From NCBI GenBank assembly GCA_963548345.1, contig CAUUUQ010000003.1:1-24000 (forward strand): a stretch of 24,000 nucleotides of DNA, written 5' to 3'. Positions 8,423 through 15,206 of the stretch are shown piece by piece. This stretch comes from an uncultured Atopobium sp. (GTDB lineage: Bacteria > Actinomycetota > Coriobacteriia > Coriobacteriales > Atopobiaceae). The notes under the pieces were generated by a model. It was not told the origin of the DNA. It worked only from the letters and a program-made list of their open reading frames with translations, and searched no databases. Made by a program: the position numbers and the translations under genes. Positions within the stretch are counted from its first letter, which is position 1. Each line of letters begins with the position of its first letter.

Positions 8423-8587
8423 CCTCTGTACCTGGAACAATGCTTGGGCAAGACCGTTCTTCTCGCCCCAGGCACTGTGCACCCCACCTGGCATGACACA
8501 CTTCTCGCGCCACGCCGCACATGGAACGACCGACGTACCCGTCGTAATCACAACCCTGTTTTCGCAGGATAAACGTAAGGAGCACTA

Positions 8588-10090
8588 ATGAGCGAGTTCA
8601 TGGACATCATTACTTCCGACAACCTCTCGTACAAGCAGAAGGTTCTGCACCTGGCTCAGGCTGCCGAGAACTCCGAGCATCCTATCAAGACGACCGCTGA
8701 ATTTGATCGTCTTTTTGCAGCTCACGCGCTTGACGATATGTGTGAGGGCAACGCTCCTTACCGCCCTCGCTACATCTGCCCTGACTACCAGGTATTTGCT
8801 CAGAATGGTTCCGAGTTTTTGCGCTTTGACAAGCCAGAGACCCTTGATGATCTGCTCTGGGGCCTCGCCGCTCTCTACGACAATGTTCCTTCCGTTACCA
8901 GCCGCCCTGTCTACGTTGGCCAGCTGGACAAGATCATTGATCCATTCTTGGAGGGCATGACCGACGCAGAGATTAAGCCTCGTCTGCGCCGCTTCCTGAA
9001 CCACATCGACCGCACCGTTGCAAGCGGTTACTGCCACGCAAACATTGGTCCAGAGGACACTCGCGCAGGTAGACTGCTTCTTGAGGTTGACCGCGAGCTC
9101 ATGAACGCCGTTCCAAACTTCACTCTCAAGTACGACCCAGAGGTCACATCCGACGAGTTCATGCGCCTGGCAGTCAAGACCACCATGGTCTGCTCCAACC
9201 CCGCGTTTGCTAACCACCGCATCCACAAAGAGACCTACCCTGGCGAGTATACCGTCGTAAGCTGCTACAACGTCCTTCCTATGGGCGGCGGCGCTTACAC
9301 TTTGAGCCGCGTTCTTCTCCCTGGCCTTGCAAAGCTCGCAACCAACGTTGACGACTTCATGAACAACCTGCTGCCAACCGCAACCGGCGAGGTTTTGAAC
9401 TTCATGAACGAGCGCGTCCGCTTTATTGTTGAGGATTCCAACTTCTTTGAGACCAGCTTCCTGGCTAAGGAAGGCCTCATTTCTCGCGAGCGCTTCTGCG
9501 GCATGTTTGGCGTTGCCGGCATGAGCGAGTGCGTCGCTGAGCTGCTGCACCTTGATAGCAGCCGCACTTACGGCAAGGATGACGAGGCCAACGAGCTGGC
9601 CGACAAGATCATGGTCAAGATTGCCGACCAGGTCAACAGCTTTGACGCTGTTTACTCCGAGGTCTTTGGCGGCCGCTTCACTCTGCACGCACAGGCTGGC
9701 TTCTCCGATCAGCAGGGCGTTACCCCTGGTGTCCGCATCAAGGTTGGCGACGAGCCTGCAAACCTCTATGACCACATTCGCCACAGCGCACGTATGCACC
9801 GCTTCTTCAACAGCGGCGTCTCCGACATTTTCCCAGCTGAGCCAACTGCTGAGCGCAACCCAGACGCTGTCGTTGACGTGGTCAAGGCCGCATTCTCCAT
9901 CGACGACAAGTACCTCTCGTTCTATAGCTCTGAGGGTGACCTGGTCCGCATTACCGGCTTTTTGGCTAAGCGTTCCGAGATGAAGAAGTTCCAGTCCGGC
10001 GACGTTGTTCTTCAGGACACCGCTCACGACGGTCTGGGCAACTTCACCGCTAACCACCTTGCCGACCGCAAGGTTCGCATGAGCGACTAG
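8588..10090 (+). CDS. yjjI: YjjI-family glycyl-radical enzyme (function unknown)
   Basis: 500 aa, with AAGGAG 5 nt before the ATG. The C-terminal segment SSEGDLVRITGFLAKR resembles the RVxG[FY] glycyl-radical fingerprint (Gly codon at 9956-9958). Its size, its pairing with a YjjW-type activase and its position next to deoC match E. coli yjjI. Confidence 0.8.
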   Translation: MSEFMDIITSDNLSYKQKVLHLAQAAENSEHPIKTTAEFDRLFAAHALDDMCEGNAPYRPRYICPDYQVFAQNGSEFLRFDKPETLDDLLWGLAALYDNVPSVTSRPVYVGQLDKIIDPFLEGMTDAEIKPRLRRFLNHIDRTVASGYCHANIGPEDTRAGRLLLEVDRELMNAVPNFTLKYDPEVTSDEFMRLAVKTTMVCSNPAFANHRIHKETYPGEYTVVSCYNVLPMGGGAYTLSRVLLPGLAKLATNVDDFMNNLLPTATGEVLNFMNERVRFIVEDSNFFETSFLAKEGLISRERFCGMFGVAGMSECVAELLHLDSSRTYGKDDEANELADKIMVKIADQVNSFDAVYSEVFGGRFTLHAQAGFSDQQGVTPGVRIKVGDEPANLYDHIRHSARMHRFFNSGVSDIFPAEPTAERNPDAVVDVVKAAFSIDDKYLSFYSSEGDLVRITGFLAKRSEMKKFQSGDVVLQDTAHDGLGNFTANHLADRKVRMSD

Positions 10091-10109
10091 CGAGAAGAGC
10101 TGCGCAATC

Positions 10110-11084
10110 GTGACCTTCACTGCAACAGAAACAACTTTGGGAGTAACACGCGCCGAAGCATCGCGTCCCGCGACCGCAAGCACCGCGTCACCGCAACCTG
10201 TGGCATCGCGCGACGAAGCAACCAATTCAGGAGCAGCACATCCAACCGGGTGTGTTGCTCCTGTCAATAAGATCATTCCCTTCTCGCTGGTAGATGGCCC
10301 AGGAAGCCGAACCGCCGTCTTCCTCCAAGGCTGCAACATTCGCTGTGCCTACTGCCACAACCCCGAGACCCAGGTAGAGTGCATCTCCTGCCAGGCGTGC
10401 GTCAAACCATGCCCAGCTCACGCCCTGTCTGTGGCTGACGGAAAAGTTGTGTGGGACAACTCCATCTGCATCAACTGCGACAACTGCATCAAGGTTTGCC
10501 AGCACAAATCCACTCCGAAGATTGAGCTGCTCAGCGCTCGCGAGGTGGCCGACCGCTGCATTTCCAACATGCCGTTCATTCGCGGAATCACCACTTCGGG
10601 CGGCGAATGCATGCTCCGTCCCGACTTCCTCTACGAGCTCTTCACCTACTGCAGCGCGGCCGGCCTGAGCTGCCTCATCGACTCAAATGGCACCATCGAC
10701 TTCACCGAGTATCGCGACCTGCTGGCCCTCTCAGCCGGCGTCATGCTTGACGTAAAGGCTTGGGACGATCAGTGGTTTGAGCATCTGACCGGCGAGAATG
10801 GCGTCACGGTCCGCAAAAACCTTGCGTTTTTGGCCGAGCAAAACAAGCTGGAAGAGGTCCGCGTCATCGTGACCGAAGGCTGGAACGACGCCGAAGCCGC
10901 GGTTGACGGCATTGCCTCAACCCTTGGCGAGAAGGTCAGTCAGACGCGCATTCGCCTCATGAAGTTCAGGCGTTTTGGCGTGCGCGGACCGATGGAGAAC
11001 TCCCCTTCTCCAAGCGACGAACGCATGCAGGCAATTGAGTCGCAGGCCCGCAACCTGGGCTTTGGCGAGGTTGTCGTCAGCTAG
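10110..11084 (+). CDS. yjjW: YjjW-type glycyl-radical enzyme activase (radical SAM); start codon uncertain
   Basis: It carries the CNIRCAYCHN radical-SAM CX3CX2C motif and two ferredoxin-like clusters, CISCQACVKPC and CINCDNCIKVC, plus GGECML. There is no in-frame ATG before the catalytic domain; candidate starts are GTG 10110 and GTG 10200. The first ~50 aa are low-complexity and Ala/Thr/Ser/Pro-rich. Confidence 0.85.
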   Translation: MTFTATETTLGVTRAEASRPATASTASPQPVASRDEATNSGAAHPTGCVAPVNKIIPFSLVDGPGSRTAVFLQGCNIRCAYCHNPETQVECISCQACVKPCPAHALSVADGKVVWDNSICINCDNCIKVCQHKSTPKIELLSAREVADRCISNMPFIRGITTSGGECMLRPDFLYELFTYCSAAGLSCLIDSNGTIDFTEYRDLLALSAGVMLDVKAWDDQWFEHLTGENGVTVRKNLAFLAEQNKLEEVRVIVTEGWNDAEAAVDGIASTLGEKVSQTRIRLMKFRRFGVRGPMENSPSPSDERMQAIESQARNLGFGEVVVS

Positions 11085-11115
11085 TTGACGCGGCGGCGCG
11101 GACTACGACTCACAC

Positions 11116-11128
11116 GGGTTTCTCGCCA
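11116..11128 (+). repeat. Copy B1 of the dispersed motif GGGTTTCTCGCCA
   Basis: It is part of a 35-bp-period direct repeat CTCACACGGGTTTCTCGCCA / CTCTCACGGGTTTCTCGCCA in the yjjW 3' region. Confidence 0.8.
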
Positions 11129-11150
11129 CAATTCAAGCCGCAGCTCTCAC

Positions 11151-11164
11151 GGGTTTCTCGCCAG
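11151..11164 (+). repeat. Copy B2 of the dispersed motif GGGTTTCTCGCCAG
   Basis: Exact 14-mer, preceded by CAC as in copy B1. Confidence 0.8.
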
Positions 11165-11191
11165 TTTCTGCGCTTTTTCATTGCAGCAAAT

Positions 11192-11230
11192 AACGACCTC
11201 GCAGCACATGCCACGAGGTCGTTTTCATTT
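11192..11230. terminator. Rho-independent terminator between convergent yjjW and deoC
   Basis: AACGACCTCG-(12-nt loop)-CGAGGTCGTT followed by TTCATTT. The reverse strand has TATTT after the stem. Confidence 0.7.
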
Positions 11231-11274
11231 ATCTATCAGTGAGGCGCCGGTTCAGCAAACTCCAGCTCAACGAG

Positions 11275-11916
11275 TTATTCGGTGACGATAGCAATTCCGC
11301 TGGAGCAGCCCAGACGATCAGCGCCCGCCGCGACCATTGCCTCTGCGTCAGCCTTATTATGAATGCCGCCAGCAGCCTTGACCTTGCAAGTGTCGCCGAC
11401 AGTCTGCTTCATCAGAGCAACGTCGTGAACAGTTGCGCCGCCGGTGCTAAAGCCGGTACTTGTCTTAACGAACGCGGCTCCGGCAGCCATGCAATCCTTG
11501 CAAGCACGAACGATCTGCTCGTCGTCAAGGAGGCAGCACTCCAGGATTACCTTTACTGGCACGGAGCCGGCAGCCTCTACAACAGCCTTGATATCAGCAA
11601 TAACGTAATCGTCGTCTCCCGCGACCAGGTGTCCGCCGTTGATGACCATGTCGATTTCGGTGGTGCCGTCGTCGACGCTCTGCTTGGCCTCGGCGACCTT
11701 AGCTGCAGTTGAAGCTGCGCCCAGAGGGAAACCGATGCAGGAAGTGATGCCAACTCCGGAGCCCTCGAGCTCGGCGTGAGCCAGGGAAACCCAGCAAGAA
11801 TTGATAGCGACGGTTGCAAACTTGTACTGCTTTGCCTCGGCGCAAAGTTTCTTGATGTCCTCAGCGGTTGCGTTTTGCTTCAAGTTTGTGTGGTCGATAA
11901 GGCCGTTGACTTCCAC
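11275..11916 (-). CDS. deoC: Deoxyribose-phosphate aldolase
   Basis: The ORF track starts at 11994, but AGAAGGAGAAAATC precedes GTG 11916, giving VEVNGLIDHTNLKQNATAEDI, a typical DeoC N-terminus. Supporting motifs are EIDMVIN, FVKTSTGF (Schiff-base Lys region) and VKAAGGI. Confidence 0.92.
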   Translation of the reverse strand: MEVNGLIDHTNLKQNATAEDIKKLCAEAKQYKFATVAINSCWVSLAHAELEGSGVGITSCIGFPLGAASTAAKVAEAKQSVDDGTTEIDMVINGGHLVAGDDDYVIADIKAVVEAAGSVPVKVILECCLLDDEQIVRACKDCMAAGAAFVKTSTGFSTGGATVHDVALMKQTVGDTCKVKAAGGIHNKADAEAMVAAGADRLGCSSGIAIVTE

Positions 11917-11992
11917 GATTTTCTCCTTCTGGCTGTACGTTATGAGTGATTTGTGCCTCTCTATTGTACGGCAAGCACGACGTAAAAGATGC

Positions 11993-12067
11993 AACTACCT
12001 GGTTTTGCTATCCAGCTTAACTACCTGGCCGAGTTATCTGGCATAACTACCTGGCATAACTACTTGG
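11993..12067. repeat. Phased AACTACCTGG boxes (x4), including the tandem CTGGCATAACTAC x2
   Basis: Boxes at 11993-12002, 12019-12028, 12045-12054 and 12058-12067 (the last reads AACTACTTGG). Spacings are 26, 26 and 13 bp. The perfect 13-bp tandem spans 12038-12063. The tract lies upstream of deoC and overlaps the stop of the 12060-13088 gene. Confidence 0.9.
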
Positions 12068-13088
12068 CTTTGAATAGCCGCATCCACAGTGCTCGCTGAC
12101 GATTTTCAAGATCAGTAATAGTTGTGTCACGTGCGACTATTCCTGCAGACTCTCGAATCTGACGGACCAAACCTTGAACGCTTGAGAAGCTTTTAAGCAT
12201 CTCTCCAGAAACCGAAAAATGTGGACATTGCACGCCCGTTACCAGCTCGTTTTCTCTGTCCAAGTCTCGCATGACTCTTTGGCCGCCAGCGTGCGTTACC
12301 GCTGGATCATAATCTAGCAGCACCGTCGCTTGCTTCTTTCTTTTATCCTTGAGCTGAATGGTTAAGTCAGGAATTCGAGTGATTTTCTCGCCATATCGAT
12401 TTTCCAGCTCGATTGGCCTATTGAGCTCGACAGTACCCAAGTTAAAGCCACCAAGGTTATACGGGAGGCACAATAGCAGCGCAAGCGAAGCTTCTCGGGG
12501 CGACCGAGCTTTCTCTACGATGTGCTGAAGCGCTCGTTTAGCTGGGATGATGCCACGCTTTCTTCCTTGCGTGGAAAGAAACTTTGCGATTGCAGCACGA
12601 TTTGTCAGAGGGCCATTTTGGCGTTGCGAAACTCCACCATGGCCATCCTGATTCAAAAAATAATCGGAACACAAGGCACTACCTGCAAGGATTGTTCCAA
12701 TAAAATCAAGCTTTGAAGCAATCTGCAAATAAGTGAATTCTGGAGAAGTAATAAATCCTTTTAAGTCAGCACCTATAGGCAGGAGCGACGATGGCGAAAC
12801 CTTTGAATTACAGATGTGAAGCGTAGCGTGCTGTTTTGCAAATGTGGAATTCACATCATTAATAAGCAGGTCAACCTTGCCTTTAGGCTCCTGGTGAAGA
12901 CGCATGCCTTGTATTTCTGGAAGGTGTCCATAGTAGGCAGCAAGCTCTCGTTCAGTCGATACTCCCGGAGCTGATTCAGGAACAAGTGGCGCTCTGACCA
13001 TAGCATTTGATGCCGGCAGCGAATCAAATGGCCTAGAGGAACTCATCAATAAATTAAACGCTGAAAAGTACGAAAGACAGTAATCCAT
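12060..13088 (-). CDS. Hypothetical protein with a C-terminal DUF559/Vsr-like (PD-(D/E)xK-type) endonuclease-like region
   Basis: The ORF opens at 13121, but GAAGGAG sits 4 nt before ATG 13088. The C-terminal block RIPDLTIQL...ATVLLDYDPAVTHAGGQRVMRDLDRENELVTGVQCPHFSV resembles the D...(E/D)xDG..H...D..R layout of DUF559-type domains. The central SPEFTYLQIASKL...GSALCSDY recalls the AbiEi-like/DUF559-associated N-domain. This is recognition by eye only. The gene looks AT-richer than its neighbours. Confidence 0.45.
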   Translation of the reverse strand: MDYCLSYFSAFNLLMSSSRPFDSLPASNAMVRAPLVPESAPGVSTERELAAYYGHLPEIQGMRLHQEPKGKVDLLINDVNSTFAKQHATLHICNSKVSPSSLLPIGADLKGFITSPEFTYLQIASKLDFIGTILAGSALCSDYFLNQDGHGGVSQRQNGPLTNRAAIAKFLSTQGRKRGIIPAKRALQHIVEKARSPREASLALLLCLPYNLGGFNLGTVELNRPIELENRYGEKITRIPDLTIQLKDKRKKQATVLLDYDPAVTHAGGQRVMRDLDRENELVTGVQCPHFSVSGEMLKSFSSVQGLVRQIRESAGIVARDTTITDLENRQRALWMRLFKAK

Positions 13089-13316
13089 AGCACTCCTTCG
13101 CGAAAAAAGTATGAATTCCATACCCGGAAATGGCGCAAGTAATCTGACCGATTTGAAATCACACAGGAAATCTGTGCAAGATTTGTTGTTCTAGCATCCT
13201 CCCGGAGGCTTGCCGTGCAATTTCACTGGTCGACTTTCAAAATTCTGCATAATTACACTATTAAATTCATTTCTATGAATACGTAATTTTTGATCTCAAA
13301 ATTATGTGCCGAAAAA

Positions 13317-13464
13317 GGTAAAAAACCCGTTTAGTTGGGGATGAAAATTTAAAATTGGCCGATTTAACCCCAACTAAGACGATTTTTTACCGCGCCAAAA
13401 ACTTTTATCTGGGCAAACACTGTATGCAGAAAAATGAAAACCCCAACTAAACGGATTTTTTACC
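13317..13464. repeat. Three copies of a 24-bp element CCCCAACTAA(A/G)ACG(G/A)(G/A)TTTTTTACC, one of them inverted
   Basis: Copies at 13317-13340 (inverted, GGTAAAAAACCCGTTTAGTTGGGG), 13368-13391 and 13441-13464. Copies 1 and 2 can form a 24-bp hairpin with a 27-nt loop. Confidence 0.85.
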
Positions 13465-13642
13465 ACTTTGATGTGAATTGTGGTGTTCTTTGATCCCGAT
13501 GCACTTTTTGCGCACGTTACCTGCACGTCGCCGTGACTGCCCGCACACGTATCCACGCACGTTACCAGCCCGTCGATGTGCCCGCCTGCACTTGCCCACC
13601 TGCAAGCCTGCCGTCGACCTGCACGCCCGCTGTCGACCTACG

Positions 13643-13679
13643 TAAAAAAGCCTGGTAGCGGAACGCTATCAGGCTTTTA
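13643..13679 (-). terminator. Rho-independent terminator of the alcohol dehydrogenase gene
   Basis: AGCCTGGTAGCG-GAA-CGCTATCAGGCT forms a 12-bp stem with one G-T pair. It is flanked by A6 on the plus strand, which gives a U-run on the minus-strand transcript, and lies 27 nt after the stop. Confidence 0.8.
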
Positions 13680-13705
13680 GCGAAGCTAAGTCTCTAAGCT
13701 AGATT

Positions 13706-14920
13706 TTAGAACTCGACAGGAAGATCGAAGTAGACGCACTTAAGCAGCTGCTCCATCTCCTCCTGGGTAGGTTTGCGTGGGTTGGAAAGGGTGCAAGCGT
13801 CCTCGATAGCAAGGCGAGCAACCTCTGGAGCCTTCTCGAAGAACTCCTTCTCATCAATGATGGAGGTCTCGGACTTGGTTCCGCCCTCGCCGTAGTTCTT
13901 GATGCCCTGTGGGATATCAAGAGCGTCGTTGATGTCGCGAATCTTCTGAACAAGTGCCTCTACCAGCTCGTCCTCAGTATTGCCCTCAAGGTGCAGGATC
14001 TCCTTAGCAATGAATGCATAACGAGCCTTTGCACGCTCGTCACGAGCGTTGAACTGAATGACCTTGCCCAGATACATAGCGTTTGCGCAGCCGTGAATGA
14101 TGTGGCCACCGGAGAATGCTGCGCCGGTCTTGTGAGCCATAGAGTGAACAATGCCCAGAAGGCCAGAGGAGAATGCAATACCAGCAATGCACTGTGCGTC
14201 ATGCATGTGCTGACGTGCCTCTTTGTCGCCCTTGTAGGACTTTGGCAGCCACTCGACAATCTCGCGGATTGCGTGCAGAGCGTCGCCGTCGGTGTACATG
14301 GAAGCAACGGTAGAAACGTATGCCTCGATAGCGTGAGTCAGTGCGTCCATACCAGTGTGAGCAACAAGCTTAACAGGCATGCCGTAAGTGAGCTCAGGGT
14401 CAACAATTGCGACGTCAGGGGTAATCTGGAAGTCAGCGATTGGGTACTTAACGCCCTTCTGGTAATCGGTAATGATGGAGAATGCGGTTACCTCAGTTGC
14501 GGTACCGGAGGTAGAAGAAATTGCGCAGAAGTGAGCCTTGGTGCGGAGCTCAGGCAGACCAAAGACCTTGCACATGTCCTCAAACGTGGTCTCAGGATAC
14601 TCGTACTTGATCCACATAGCCTTAGCTGCGTCGATTGGGGAGCCGCCACCGATAGCAATGATCCAGTCTGGCTGGAACTCACTCATCTTAGCAGCGCCGC
14701 TCATAACGGTCTCGACGGAAGGATCGGACTCGACGCCCTCAATGTGAGCAACCTCAAAACCTGCGGACTTGAGGTCATTCTCGATGTCATCAAGGAAGCC
14801 GCCGCGACGCATGGAGCTACCGCCGGAAACGATGACTGCCCTCTTACCCTTGAGGTTCTTAACCTCGTGACGAGCACCCTCGCCAAAATACAGATCGCGT
14901 GGATTAGTAAAACGTCCCAT
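13706..14920 (-). CDS. Iron-containing alcohol dehydrogenase (resembles the C-terminal ADH half of AdhE)
   Basis: 404 aa. It has the GGGSPIDAAK dinucleotide-binding motif, TGMDALTHAIEAYVS, and the metal-ligand His region GIVHSMAHKTGAAFSGGHIIHGCANA. Confidence 0.9.
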   Translation of the reverse strand: MGRFTNPRDLYFGEGARHEVKNLKGKRAVIVSGGSSMRRGGFLDDIENDLKSAGFEVAHIEGVESDPSVETVMSGAAKMSEFQPDWIIAIGGGSPIDAAKAMWIKYEYPETTFEDMCKVFGLPELRTKAHFCAISSTSGTATEVTAFSIITDYQKGVKYPIADFQITPDVAIVDPELTYGMPVKLVAHTGMDALTHAIEAYVSTVASMYTDGDALHAIREIVEWLPKSYKGDKEARQHMHDAQCIAGIAFSSGLLGIVHSMAHKTGAAFSGGHIIHGCANAMYLGKVIQFNARDERAKARYAFIAKEILHLEGNTEDELVEALVQKIRDINDALDIPQGIKNYGEGGTKSETSIIDEKEFFEKAPEVARLAIEDACTLSNPRKPTQEEMEQLLKCVYFDLPVEF

Positions 14921-15079
14921 AAAACCTCTCCTTAACTATGTGCCGCTTCCCTAAGCGGCTAGCGAAGCCATTCTTCGCAATTACTTCTTCTCAACATTTC
15001 TATATTAGCTCATTTTGGGCCTCTGTACCAAAATGAATGTGCCATTTTATGCAATATCGTTCAGAATTTATGCACCCCT

Positions 15080-15093
15080 CTGGCGAGAAACCC
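15080..15093 (-). repeat. Copy C of the dispersed motif GGGTTTCTCGCCAG
   Basis: The plus strand reads CTGGCGAGAAACCC(GT). The copy is intergenic, about 160 nt upstream of the adh start, on the same strand as adh. Confidence 0.8.
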
Positions 15094-15206
15094 GTCCACT
15101 TCAAACATTTCCGTCTGCCGTTCACAATCTTCTTACGACGCTCGCGGACTTGCCCCGCACACCCAAATAACCTGCGATATCATTACGTAAGAGAGAAAGG
15201 AATCTC

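Noticed and set aside
7700-8551. 283-aa minus-strand ORF
   Set aside because: It is antisense to the Crp-family regulator gene, which has a clear cNMP-like domain and HTH. It has no motifs of its own.
8423-8587. Search for CRP (TGTGA-N6-TCACA) or FNR (TTGAT-N4-ATCAA) boxes upstream of yjjI
   Set aside because: Only isolated TGTGCA, TGACACA and TCACA words occur, with incorrect spacing. No convincing palindrome is present, so no site is called.
8585-10339. 584-aa ORF on the minus strand, the longest ORF in the track
   Set aside because: It is exactly antisense to yjjI and the start of yjjW, both of which carry strong family motifs. It is Ala/Val/Gly/Leu-rich with no recognisable motif and no SD. 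This is a typical shadow ORF of GC-biased codon usage.
13317-13464. Possible small CRISPR array
   Set aside because: There are only three 24-bp units, one of them inverted. The spacings are irregular (27 and 49 bp) and no cas genes are nearby, so the arrangement does not fit CRISPR architecture.
13374-13556. 60-aa minus-strand ORF in the repeat-rich non-coding region
   Set aside because: It has no SD, runs through two copies of the 24-bp repeat and the GC-rich stutter tract, and its composition is unconvincing.
13991-14935. 314-aa plus-strand ORF
   Set aside because: It is antisense to the iron alcohol dehydrogenase and is a shadow ORF.
15121-15127. TTCACAA, a half-site of the Rex operator, upstream of the adh region
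   Set aside because: The required partner TTGTGAA 4 nt upstream is absent (the sequence there is TCCGTCT). A single half-site is not meaningful.
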